DNA of 64,000 nucleotides, from contig CAYSFD010000016.1 in assembly GCA_964430565.1 (NCBI GenBank), positions 78,902-142,901 of the forward strand, in the 5' to 3' direction. Below are positions 29,193-37,902 of the stretch, in pieces (the first letter of the stretch is position 1; every line of letters begins with the position of its first letter). The stretch is from an uncultured Enterobacteriaceae bacterium. GTDB taxonomy: Bacteria; Pseudomonadota; Gammaproteobacteria; Burkholderiales; SG8-39. The translations under genes were made by a program, and so were the position numbers. Under the pieces are notes generated by a model that worked only from the letters and a program-made list of their open reading frames with translations, was not told the DNA's origin and ran no database searches.

Positions 29193-30173
29193 ATGAAAGT
29201 CGTCATCACCGGCGGCGGCGGCTTCATTGGTTTCAGGCTCGCAAAAGCGCTGCTCGCGCGCGGCATCCTCGCCGGCGCCGACGGCGCGCCGCAGAAGATC
29301 GCGAGCCTGGTGCTCGTCGATCAGGCTTTCCCCGCGGATTTGCCCAAGGACCCGCGGCTCGAGACGCTCGCGGGCGATATCTCCGAACCGAAGTTCACCA
29401 CCCGCGTGATTACGCCCGATACCACTTCGGTGTTCCATCTAGCGGCAGTCGTTTCGGGCGCAGCCGAGGCCGACTTCGATCTCGGCATGCGCGTCAACCT
29501 CGAGGGCCTGCGCAACGTGCTTGATTGCGCGCGCCGCTGCGCGCGGCCGCCGCGCCTGGTGTTCGCCAGCTCGGTCGCCGCTTTCGGCGGCGAATTGCCC
29601 GAAGTGCTCGACGACTCGACCACGCCGAGGCCGCAGACTTCCTACGGCACGCAGAAGGTGGTGAGCGAATACCTGATCGGCGACTGTTCGCGCAAGGGCT
29701 ACATCGACGGACGGTCGCTGCGCCTGCCGACCGTCGTAGTGCGTCCCGGCAAGGCAAACGCGGCGGCCTCGTCGTTCGCGAGCGCCGTGATCCGCGAGCC
29801 CCTCAACGGCGTCGTCTACGACTGTCCGGTCGGGCGCGACACCGGCGTGTGGCTGCTCTCACCACGGCGCGTGGTCGAGGCGTTCGTGCACGCCCACGAA
29901 CTGCCGGCGGCGAAATGGGGATCGGACCGCGTCGTGAATCTTCCGGGCATCACCGCGAGCGTCGCGGAGATGCTGAAAGCGATGGCGAAAATCGCCGGCG
30001 CGCAGACCGCGAAGCGCGTCGCCTTCAAACCCGAGGCGCGCATCCAGGCGATCGTCGCGGGCTGGCCGGTGCGCTTCGCGACGCCGCGCGCGATCGCGAT
30101 GGGTTTCAAGGCCGACGCGAGCATCGATGCCGTCATCCGCGACTACATCGCCGACGAAGGCGTGCGCGCCTGA
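29193..30173 (+). CDS. NAD-dependent epimerase/dehydratase-family protein (acid-sugar dehydrogenase-like)
   Basis: MKVVITGGGGFIGFRLA Rossmann motif, ASSVAAFG, YGTQKVVSE (Y-x3-K). Starts 2 nt after the dehydratase stop. Confidence 0.8.
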   Translation: MKVVITGGGGFIGFRLAKALLARGILAGADGAPQKIASLVLVDQAFPADLPKDPRLETLAGDISEPKFTTRVITPDTTSVFHLAAVVSGAAEADFDLGMRVNLEGLRNVLDCARRCARPPRLVFASSVAAFGGELPEVLDDSTTPRPQTSYGTQKVVSEYLIGDCSRKGYIDGRSLRLPTVVVRPGKANAAASSFASAVIREPLNGVVYDCPVGRDTGVWLLSPRRVVEAFVHAHELPAAKWGSDRVVNLPGITASVAEMLKAMAKIAGAQTAKRVAFKPEARIQAIVAGWPVRFATPRAIAMGFKADASIDAVIRDYIADEGVRA

Positions 30174-30228
30174 TAGGGTCGCTCTAATCTCTGATAGTCT
30201 CTCGGCTGCGATCGAGGAGGGCTTGGTC

Positions 30229-31173
30229 ATGAAGCGCACTATCGCGGTTCTTCTGGCGCTGTTCACCCTGGCGGCCGGAGCGCAGGAATTTCCTTCCAAG
30301 CAGGTAAGACTCGTCGTGCCCTTCCCGCCGGGCGGGCCGCTCGACATCGCGGGCCGGCTGATCGGCAAGGAACTGCAGGACCGCTGGAGTCATCCCGTCA
30401 TCATCGAGAACAAGCCGGGCGGCACCATCGGCCCGGAATACGTCGTGAAGAGCGCGCCGGATGGCCACGTTCTGTTGATCATCAGCTCGACCCCGCTCGT
30501 GACGCTCCCGCACCTGCAGAAGGTGCCTTACGACGTGTTGAAGGACCTGGTCGGCGTCACTCAGACCACGCTCCTCACGTATGCGATGGTCGTTCATCCT
30601 GCAACCGGGATCGGTTCGATCCAGGAATTGATCGGCCGCGCGAAAAAGGACCCGGGCAAACTCAACTACGCGAGCGCCGGCAACGGATCCGGCCAGCATC
30701 TTTATTTCGAGTTGTTGAAGAACGCGGCGGACATGAACCTCATCCACGTTCCCTACAAGGGCGCGGCGCCGGCGCTCCAGGCGGTGCTCGGCGGCGAGCC
30801 CGGCATCATGATCGACGTCACCGTGACGGTGCTGCCGCACGTGAAAGCGGGGAAGCTGCGCGCCCTCATGGTCACGGGCAGCAAGCCGCTCGAGCAACTG
30901 CCGGGTGCGGTGCCGTTTGATTCGCTTTTCCCCGGCCTCGGCATCCCGGGATGGCACGGAATTTTCACCACTGGTGGAACGCCCAAGCCGGTCCTCGACA
31001 AACTCGCAGCCGACATCCGGCAGGTGCTGCAGATTCCGGCGGTCGCGAACCGCTTCCGTGAGCTGGGGATCGAGCCTTCCGGAGTGTCGGGAGATCAGTT
31101 CAACGAGATCGTCAGGCGCGACTCGGCCCGCTGGGGCGAGATCATCCGCAAGAACAATCTAAGGGCGGATTAG
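30229..31173 (+). CDS. Bug/TctC-family substrate-binding protein
   Basis: MKRTIAVLLALFTLAAGAQEFPSKQVRLVVPFPPGGPLDIAGR. The ATG at 30229 is preceded by GAGGAGGG. Confidence 0.9.
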   Translation: MKRTIAVLLALFTLAAGAQEFPSKQVRLVVPFPPGGPLDIAGRLIGKELQDRWSHPVIIENKPGGTIGPEYVVKSAPDGHVLLIISSTPLVTLPHLQKVPYDVLKDLVGVTQTTLLTYAMVVHPATGIGSIQELIGRAKKDPGKLNYASAGNGSGQHLYFELLKNAADMNLIHVPYKGAAPALQAVLGGEPGIMIDVTVTVLPHVKAGKLRALMVTGSKPLEQLPGAVPFDSLFPGLGIPGWHGIFTTGGTPKPVLDKLAADIRQVLQIPAVANRFRELGIEPSGVSGDQFNEIVRRDSARWGEIIRKNNLRAD

Positions 31174-31202
31174 GAGCGGGGTTCGCTATTCGAACCCCGC
31201 TC
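31174..31202. terminator. bidirectional stem-loop between convergent Bug and crp/fnr-family genes
   Basis: GAGCGGGGTTCG-CTATT-CGAACCCCGCTC, a perfect 12-bp stem immediately after the Bug stop codon. Confidence 0.65.
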
Positions 31203-31214
31203 TATAGCAGCCCG

Positions 31215-31868
31215 CTACCAAGCCCGCGGCAGGGTGCGGGCGATCGTGATCTGGTCGCGCTCGACGACGATGTATCCACCGCCGGCGAGGTCGCCGAGGA
31301 TGCGGCTGATCATTTCGCGCGAGGCGCCGACGCGGTTGGCCATCTCCTGCTGCGTCGGACGGCTTTCGATCACGAGAGCGCCGTCGCGTTCCACGGCAAG
31401 GTCCAGAAGCATGCGCGCCACGCGGCCGTATACGTCCATGAGCGCGAGGCTCTTCACGTCGTTGGTGAGCGCGCGCACCCGCCGGATGAGCTTGAGGATG
31501 AGGTGCAGAGTGAATTCCGGGCTCTTCGCCACGAATTCCTTGAAATCCTCTTTCGGGACGACCAGGAACTGCGTCGGCTCCAGTGTCATGACCGAGGCCG
31601 AGCGCGGGCCTTCGTCGAGCACCATTTCTCCGAAGTACTCCCCGGGTCCTGATTCGTTGAGGACGATCTCCTTGCCCTTGTCGTCGCTGACGTAGATCTT
31701 CACCCGCCCGGAAACGATGATGTAGAGCGAATCGGTGGTGTCGCCCTCGCTGACGACGACGGTGTTTTTCTGGAACGTCCGCGTGACCGCATGCTGGGCA
31801 AAGTCACTGAGATCGATCACGCTCAGGATTTCGTCGGGGGACGGGCCCTTCGGACTCGGTTTTTGCAT
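31215..31868 (-). CDS. Crp/Fnr-family transcriptional regulator (cNMP-binding-like domain plus HTH); no FNR Cys cluster
   Basis: LYIIVSGRVKIY, GEYFGEMVL (effector domain), TQQEMANRVGASREMISRILGDL (HTH with an E-x-x-S-R recognition helix as in FNR/Anr/Dnr). There are no Cys residues in the N-terminus. Confidence 0.88.
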   Translation of the reverse strand: MQKPSPKGPSPDEILSVIDLSDFAQHAVTRTFQKNTVVVSEGDTTDSLYIIVSGRVKIYVSDDKGKEIVLNESGPGEYFGEMVLDEGPRSASVMTLEPTQFLVVPKEDFKEFVAKSPEFTLHLILKLIRRVRALTNDVKSLALMDVYGRVARMLLDLAVERDGALVIESRPTQQEMANRVGASREMISRILGDLAGGGYIVVERDQITIARTLPRAW

Positions 31869-32029
31869 CGACTCTCCGTGGAACCGCTTCTAGCGAGTTC
31901 GCTCTTCCGGCGCTTGCTCGCACCTATTTTCGTTTCAATCCTCTCGTTGTGCAAGTGGACCTGAGGGCCTGCCACATAAGGGGAATGACCCGCGAGTGTG
32001 GGCGCCGTCCTTCCATCCGCGATGCAGAA

Positions 32030-32938
32030 TCACCCCGCGAATCTCGGCTCTGGCACGCCGCGAATGCCGAGGCCGGTGATGCGAAAGAGGCTCCCCGCCA
32101 GGAACTGCGGCTTCACCTCCTTGGCGAAATGCTCGTGCACTGCGGGGTGCTTCACGCGCGCCATCGAGGTGACGTAGATCTCGTCGAGCTTGTCCCCGCC
32201 GAAGATGACGCTGGTGATGTTCCTGACCGGCATGCCGATGCGCCGCTCGACGCTGCCGTCGGGGGCGTAGCGCACGAGGTCGCCCGAGATCAACTGCGCG
32301 TTCCACACGCAGCCCTCCGCGTCCACGGTCGAGCCGTCGGCGACGCCCGGGTCGCCCTTGAACGAAGCGAAAATCCGTTTGTTGGCGAGCGTTCCAGCCG
32401 CCACGTCGTAGTCGTAGGCCCACATCTCGCCCTGGAAGGTGTCGGCGAAGTAGAAGGTGCGGTCGTCAGGGCTCCAGCACGGACCGTTCGAGCAGATGAT
32501 GCCCTGGTCCACCTGGGTGACGCGCAGATCGGGATCGAGGCGCCACAAGCCGCAGATCTTCAACTCTTCCTTGTCGTCCATGCCGCCGGCGAAGAAGCGC
32601 CCGCGCCGGTCGCACTTTCCGTCGTTCAAGCGCGTGCGCGGCTGCTCGGCATCGACGAGCGCTATCGTTTCGAGCCTGCCGCTGCCGAAATCGAAGAAGT
32701 AGAAGCCGTCGTCGAGCGCGAGCACCGCGCTGCCGTTGCGCCGCAGCGCGAGCGCCCCGACGTCGCGGGCTAGCATCCAGTTCTCGGTCTTGCCGCTCTT
32801 CGGATCGAGCCGCCAGAGGGAGGGCTTGCCGACGCGCCGGCCGGTGCCGTCAACCCAGTAGAGCCGGCCTTCCTCGACGTCCCAGACCGGGCCTTCGCCG
32901 AGATGGTTTTCGCACTGCAGGACGCACTCGATCTTCAC
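32030..32938 (-). CDS. SMP-30/gluconolactonase/LRE-family lactonase
   Basis: LGEGPVWDVEEGRLYWVD, RLNDGKCDRRGRFFAG, NGPCWSPD and DGSTVDAEGCVWNA are typical six-bladed propeller lactonase motifs. Confidence 0.88.
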   Translation of the reverse strand: MKIECVLQCENHLGEGPVWDVEEGRLYWVDGTGRRVGKPSLWRLDPKSGKTENWMLARDVGALALRRNGSAVLALDDGFYFFDFGSGRLETIALVDAEQPRTRLNDGKCDRRGRFFAGGMDDKEELKICGLWRLDPDLRVTQVDQGIICSNGPCWSPDDRTFYFADTFQGEMWAYDYDVAAGTLANKRIFASFKGDPGVADGSTVDAEGCVWNAQLISGDLVRYAPDGSVERRIGMPVRNITSVIFGGDKLDEIYVTSMARVKHPAVHEHFAKEVKPQFLAGSLFRITGLGIRGVPEPRFAG

Positions 32939-33903
32939 TGTTCCGGGACGATGGCGTGCTTCCTGATGAAGGCCGCCCAGGCTTCGCGCTCCCGCTTCAT
33001 GGCCGCGGCCGCAAGCTCCGGCGTGTCGAATATCGGGATGTAGGCCTGTGCTTCGAGCTTCTCCGCGAGCTGCGGGGATTTCATCGCCTTGACGATCTCG
33101 ACGCTCATGCGCTGCACGATTGCCGGCGGCGTCCCCGTCGGCGCCACCACGCCGAAGAAGGAACTTCCGATCTCGACTCCCGGAAGGCCGGCTTCGGCCA
33201 ACGTGGGCGCGCCGGGAAGCGCGTTCGTGCGCTCGCTGACGGCGAGCGCGAGCGCTTTTCCGCCGCGGATATGAGGCAGCGCCGAGGCGAGATCGGCCAG
33301 CATGAATTTTATCTGGCCGCCAAGGAGGTCCTTGTAAGCCGGTCCCAGACCCTTGTAGGGAACATGAAGGAAGCGCGCGCCGCTCGCCTCTTCGAGCACC
33401 CGCACGCCGAGATAGGTCGCGCTGCCGATGCCGGCCGAGCCGAACGGGACGGTCCCCGGCTCGCGCTTACCGAGAGCGAGAAGATCGGCGAGCGATTTGG
33501 CCTGGACCGAGGGATGGATGCAGATGACGTAAGGGCTCACCACGCCGCGCGAGATCGCCACGAAGTCGCGCTCGGCGCTGTAGGGCAGATTCTTGTAAAG
33601 GCTCGGATTGATGATGAGCGATGGGCTCGCCGAGATGAGGAACGTATAGCCGTCGGGCCGAGCCTTCGCCGCCGCCTCGGCCCCGATGTTGCCGCTCGCG
33701 CCGGGCTTGTTGTCCACCACGAAGGGCTGCTTGAGCGCCTCGCTCAAGGCATGCGAGATCAGGCGGGCATAGATATCGGTGCCGCCCCCGGGCGAAGAGG
33801 GCACGATCACTCTCACCGAGCGCGTGGGCCAGGCTTCCTGCGCCATGATGGGCAGGGAAAAAAGCAGCGCGGCGGTGACGGTGACTCCAGTCGCGATTCG
33901 CAT
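32935..33903 (-). CDS. Bug/TctC-family substrate-binding protein
   Basis: Signal peptide, then VRVIVPSSPGGGTDIYAR and SAGIGSATYL. 4-nt overlap with the lactonase gene. Confidence 0.9.
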   Translation of the reverse strand: MRIATGVTVTAALLFSLPIMAQEAWPTRSVRVIVPSSPGGGTDIYARLISHALSEALKQPFVVDNKPGASGNIGAEAAAKARPDGYTFLISASPSLIINPSLYKNLPYSAERDFVAISRGVVSPYVICIHPSVQAKSLADLLALGKREPGTVPFGSAGIGSATYLGVRVLEEASGARFLHVPYKGLGPAYKDLLGGQIKFMLADLASALPHIRGGKALALAVSERTNALPGAPTLAEAGLPGVEIGSSFFGVVAPTGTPPAIVQRMSVEIVKAMKSPQLAEKLEAQAYIPIFDTPELAAAAMKREREAWAAFIRKHAIVPEQ

Positions 33904-33915
33904 GACTTATCCTTT

Positions 33916-34875
33916 CTACGCGGCCCGGAGAGAGCGGCCGGCTTGATCCAGAAGACCCGCGGCGATAAGCGCGGCGCGGATGCGTTCGATCTCGGATTGC
34001 GGGATCTTCACCAGCGGCGGGCGCACCACGGCGCGCGGAAGTTTGCCCATCATCACGAGGGCCTCTTTCATCCGGTTATGCATGTCCACCCAGGGTTCGG
34101 CGTAGAACACTTCGGCCGTTGGCCAGATGCGATCGTTGATTTTCTTTGCGGTGGCCAGGTCGTTCGCGCGGACTGCGCGAAAAAGTTTCGCCTGGAGATC
34201 GGCGATCACCGAACCGCTGCCCGAGAGCAGGCCGTTCGCGCCCGCGACGAGCGAGCCTATGAGCCAGGAGCTGTGAGTGGTGAGCACGTTTACGGGCGGG
34301 TTGCGCGACTGCAGCGTGCGGACCTGGCGCTCGTGCACCTGCGGGCTCGCGCACCAGTCCTTGATGGCGCGTACCGCGGGCACTGCTTCGATGATTTTCA
34401 GGAGGGTTGCGAGCGGATAGCCTTGGCCGCTTGCGAGCGGGTATTGGAACGCGATGATCGGAAGACTGGCCGCTCCGGCTATGCGCCGGAAGTGCTCGAC
34501 CGCCATTTCGGCTCGCTGGCCCATCGTGAAGGGTCCGGGCGGGAAGACGAGCAGCGCCGCGGCGCCGCCTTCGGCCGCCATACGGGCGATGCGCGCGGCC
34601 TCGAGGCTGCCTTCGGCGTAAACGCCGTGGACGATCGGGAGGCGCGCTCCGATCTCGTCCCTGGCGATCGCAAGGACGCGCTTCTGCTCGTCGAACGTGC
34701 ACGAGGCGACTTCGGTCGAATGCGCGTTGATCGTGATCGCCGAAAGGCCTTCGACCGAAGCGACATCGCGCAGATGCGCACGGAACGACGCCTCGTCGAT
34801 GGAGAGGTCATCGTTGAAGGGCAGCAGCACCGCAGGGATGACGCCCTGCGGAACCCAGTTCATGTCTCGGGGCAT
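33916..34875 (-). CDS. DHDPS/NAL-family enzyme (candidate 2-keto-3-deoxy-sugar-acid dehydratase or aldolase)
   Basis: GVIPAVLLPFNDDLSIDE, TINAHSTEV, VFPPGPF, VRAIKDW (putative Schiff-base Lys). The ATG at 34875 is preceded by GAGGAG. Confidence 0.8.
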   Translation of the reverse strand: MPRDMNWVPQGVIPAVLLPFNDDLSIDEASFRAHLRDVASVEGLSAITINAHSTEVASCTFDEQKRVLAIARDEIGARLPIVHGVYAEGSLEAARIARMAAEGGAAALLVFPPGPFTMGQRAEMAVEHFRRIAGAASLPIIAFQYPLASGQGYPLATLLKIIEAVPAVRAIKDWCASPQVHERQVRTLQSRNPPVNVLTTHSSWLIGSLVAGANGLLSGSGSVIADLQAKLFRAVRANDLATAKKINDRIWPTAEVFYAEPWVDMHNRMKEALVMMGKLPRAVVRPPLVKIPQSEIERIRAALIAAGLLDQAGRSLRAA

Positions 34876-34912
34876 GGCGATCTCCTCATCCTGTTGCAGC
34901 GCAGCCATTGTA

Positions 34913-35881
34913 TTACTCCACCCGCACCTGGTAGTCGCGAATGACTTTCGCCCATTTGTCGGACTCCGCGCGGGCGAAAGCGAGGAACTCCGCGGGCGCG
35001 CTGCCGACGACGTCGAAGCCCTGGGCGGCGAGCTTGCCGCGCACTTCCGGATCGGAGAGCGCCTTGGTCAGCTCGGCGTGCAGCCGCGCAACGATGTCCT
35101 TCGGTGTGCCGGCGGGCGCGAGCATTCCCACCCAGGATTGCGCGGCGAATCCCGGAAGCGACTCGGCTACCGTAGGCGTATCGGGAAGCTGAGGGATGCG
35201 GCGCGAGCTGCCGATCGCGAGCGCCTTGATGCGGCCCGCCTTCGCCTGCGGAATCGCCTGCGGCGCGGAAACGAACATGACGTTCACCTGGCCGCCAACC
35301 ATGTCGATCATCATCGGCGCGCCGCCCTTGTAGGGCACATGGGTCATTTCAATTCCGGTGCGGTTCGCAAACAGCAGGGCGTTCAAGTGGTTCGAGCTGC
35401 CGGCGCCCACCGTTGCATAGGTGACCTTTCCCGGGTTCGATTTTGCGTGGCTCACCAGCTCCGCGACCGTCGAGGGAGCGAAGTTGGTCGCCCCCACGAG
35501 CACCTGCGGCGAAGTGACGATGAGGCTCACGTGCTCGAAGGACTTGAACGGGTCGTAGCCGAGGTTCTTGTAGAGCAGATGGTTGACCGCGTGCGTGTCG
35601 AATACGAGAAGCACGGTGTGGCCGTCGGCGGGCGCTTTCGCCACCTCCGCCTGCCCGATCGAACCGCCCGCGCCGGCCCTGTTCTCGACCAGCAACGGGC
35701 GGCCGAGCCCGGCGGAATAACTCGGGCCGATGACCCGGGCGACGCCGTCAACGGTGCCGCCCGCCGGCCACGGAACGATCAGGCGGATCGGCTTGCTCGG
35801 ATAAGCTTGACCGAGAACAGCCGCCGGGACCAGCGAAGCGGCAAGCGCCGCTGCGAAGACAAGGCTACGGCTCATCGGCAT
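34913..35881 (-). CDS. Bug/TctC-family substrate-binding protein
   Basis: MPMSRSLVFAAALAASLVPAAVLGQAYPSKPIRLIVPWPAGGTVDGVAR. Confidence 0.9.
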   Translation of the reverse strand: MPMSRSLVFAAALAASLVPAAVLGQAYPSKPIRLIVPWPAGGTVDGVARVIGPSYSAGLGRPLLVENRAGAGGSIGQAEVAKAPADGHTVLLVFDTHAVNHLLYKNLGYDPFKSFEHVSLIVTSPQVLVGATNFAPSTVAELVSHAKSNPGKVTYATVGAGSSNHLNALLFANRTGIEMTHVPYKGGAPMMIDMVGGQVNVMFVSAPQAIPQAKAGRIKALAIGSSRRIPQLPDTPTVAESLPGFAAQSWVGMLAPAGTPKDIVARLHAELTKALSDPEVRGKLAAQGFDVVGSAPAEFLAFARAESDKWAKVIRDYQVRVE

Positions 35882-35888
35882 TTCACGC

Positions 35889-36299
35889 TCAATACGTCAG
35901 CGAAGCAGCGTTCAAAATTCCGAGCGCAAGGGAAATCGTGCCGAGAACCAAACCTTGCGCGACCTTGCCGGAGGAGATGTCCTGCGACAAGTTCGGCAAG
36001 ATCATGCGCACGGCGAAATACGACAGAAGTTGAACGACGAGAGCCACAGCGCCCCAAAAGAGCATGTCCCACCACGCGACGCTGTGGGCGATCGCGCTGG
36101 CGAGCGGGATCACGAAACCGACCAGCGCTCCGGAGAGCGAAAGCGCGGCGGCGACATTCCCCTGACGGATGAGCGAGATCTCTTTGTGAGGAGTGACCCT
36201 GGCGTACACGACCAGAAAAACAGCCGTCAGAGCGACGGCCATCAGGAAGTAAGCGAGAAAATCATCCAACCCGCTGATTGACGCGATGAATTCATTCAT
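35889..36299 (-). CDS. DUF350 (YjfL-like) small membrane protein
   Basis: 136 aa, four TM segments, repeated EISLIRQGNVAAAL / ISSGKVAQGLVLG modules as in DUF350. Confidence 0.75.
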   Translation of the reverse strand: MNEFIASISGLDDFLAYFLMAVALTAVFLVVYARVTPHKEISLIRQGNVAAALSLSGALVGFVIPLASAIAHSVAWWDMLFWGAVALVVQLLSYFAVRMILPNLSQDISSGKVAQGLVLGTISLALGILNAASLTY

Positions 36300-36335
36300 G
36301 AGGCTTGCTCCTTTTCGGTTCCTGGAACTTCCCGG

Positions 36336-37496
36336 CTATTCGAAATAATGCGGGACAAACCTGCTCGTGTTTTTCGTGATCGGCGAATCGTCCTCGCGGA
36401 TGCCGATACCGGCCGCGCGATCGCCCACGATCCAGGCGCCGATGACCGCATAGTTTTCATCGAAACGCGCAAGCGGCGCGTATTTCTGGAAAACATATCC
36501 CTCCTCCCCATAGCTCCCGCCCGTCATGAGCGCGCCGCCGCTGCGCCGCAGGCTGATGTTGGAGCCTTCGCGCGCGAGAATCGGCTTCTTCACGTACTCG
36601 CTTCCCGCCAGGGGATCCGCATCAAAATAGCACGGCAGGAGGTTGGGGTGTTCGGGAAACAACTCCCAGAGAATCGCCAGCACCGCCTTGTTGGACAACA
36701 GCATCTTCCAGGGCGGCTCGATCCAGCTGCAGGTCCGGTCCAGGATGTGCGGGCCGAAGCGCTCCCGCGCCAGCCACTCCCACGGATAGAGCTTGAAGAG
36801 CGTCTCGATGGAGTTCCCCTCCAGGTCCACGAAACACCGGGCGTCGGCGTTCCACCCAATGTCCTCGATAAAAATGAATCGCGTGTCGGCGCCACCCTGT
36901 ATTGCAGTATCGCGGAGGTAATTCGTATTGCCGTAGTCCTCCTCATGATCCCGGACGCAGGAGAAGTAGACAGTCGTGCCGGGCTCGCCATGAATGTCCT
37001 TCCAGCGCTCGATCAGTTTCTCGTGCAGCGAGTTGAACTGATCGGCGTCTTCGGCAACCGCCCCGGCCGCCGTTGACTTCAGGCGCTTGCGGTCTTCAAG
37101 CCAGAACCACTGGGCCACGCCCGCCTCGATCAGCGCCGTCGGCGTATCGGCGTTGTATTCCAGGAGCTTGGGCGGCCCCTTGCCGTCCCACGCAAGGTCG
37201 AACCGGCCGAAGATGGAGGGGTCCCGCCGTTTCCACGAGTCGGCGACGAATTCCGCGAAAGCATCCGGGATAGCCACATCGCCGCAACGCTTGTTGCGCA
37301 CGATGTGCTCGCACGCCTCCATGCAAATACGGTGAAGTTCCTCGGCGCCGGCTTCCAGCATATCAACCTCTTCGGCCGACAGGACGTAGCAGGCGGTTTC
37401 TTCCCAGTAGCGCCCGCCGACGGAATGAAAATCAAAACCCGTCTCCTCGCAGCGTCGTTGCCAGTCCGCTCTGGGCGGCACGGTACTGCGCCTCAT
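36336..37496 (-). CDS. glutathionylspermidine-synthase-like ATP-grasp protein (YjfC/YgiC family)
   Basis: LLEYNADTPT, YFSCVRDHEEDYGNTNYL, KLYPWEWL, KKPILAREGSNI. The ATG at 37496 is preceded by GGAGGG; the track ORF extends spuriously to 37784. Confidence 0.85.
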   Translation of the reverse strand: MRRSTVPPRADWQRRCEETGFDFHSVGGRYWEETACYVLSAEEVDMLEAGAEELHRICMEACEHIVRNKRCGDVAIPDAFAEFVADSWKRRDPSIFGRFDLAWDGKGPPKLLEYNADTPTALIEAGVAQWFWLEDRKRLKSTAAGAVAEDADQFNSLHEKLIERWKDIHGEPGTTVYFSCVRDHEEDYGNTNYLRDTAIQGGADTRFIFIEDIGWNADARCFVDLEGNSIETLFKLYPWEWLARERFGPHILDRTCSWIEPPWKMLLSNKAVLAILWELFPEHPNLLPCYFDADPLAGSEYVKKPILAREGSNISLRRSGGALMTGGSYGEEGYVFQKYAPLARFDENYAVIGAWIVGDRAAGIGIREDDSPITKNTSRFVPHYFE

Positions 37497-37512
37497 GCGC
37501 CCTCCATCCCGC

Positions 37513-37884
37513 TTACCCGCCACTGCTGTGGAAGGCCGATCGCGATCCGAAGCCGCCGCGGCTGGTCGAGCTCGAGCTGGACGCGCTCCGCGAGGAGGTC
37601 GAACCCGAGCCGGACGCACTCCGGGTGGAGGTCGTGCCGATTGCCCGCGAACTCCGCATAGTGCTCGAACCCGATTGATATCGGGGTCCGTGCCAGACGC
37701 GCGAAGAGCCGAGCCCCGACCGATACCCCGGCTCGCAGGACTCCGGACGCCCCCAATCCTTCTGGCATTCCTCGGCGCTCGCATACATGTCCCGGTTGAC
37801 GTACTGCGGCTCGCTCTCGCAGGCGGAAAGCGCGGCGCCCAGAAGGACCAAGCTTACGTGCAGGCTCGATTTTCGACGATGCAT
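37513..37884 (-). CDS. DUF1190 (YjfM/YgiB-like) lipoprotein
   Basis: Lipobox LLGAALSAC. YASAEECQKDWG...CE region and a Ser-rich tail ending TSRGGFGSRSAFHSSGG, like E. coli YgiB. Confidence 0.7.
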   Translation of the reverse strand: MHRRKSSLHVSLVLLGAALSACESEPQYVNRDMYASAEECQKDWGRPESCEPGYRSGLGSSRVWHGPRYQSGSSTMRSSRAIGTTSTRSASGSGSTSSRSASSSSSTSRGGFGSRSAFHSSGG

Positions 37885-37902
37885 AAGGGAGCGCCGGTCC
37901 GC

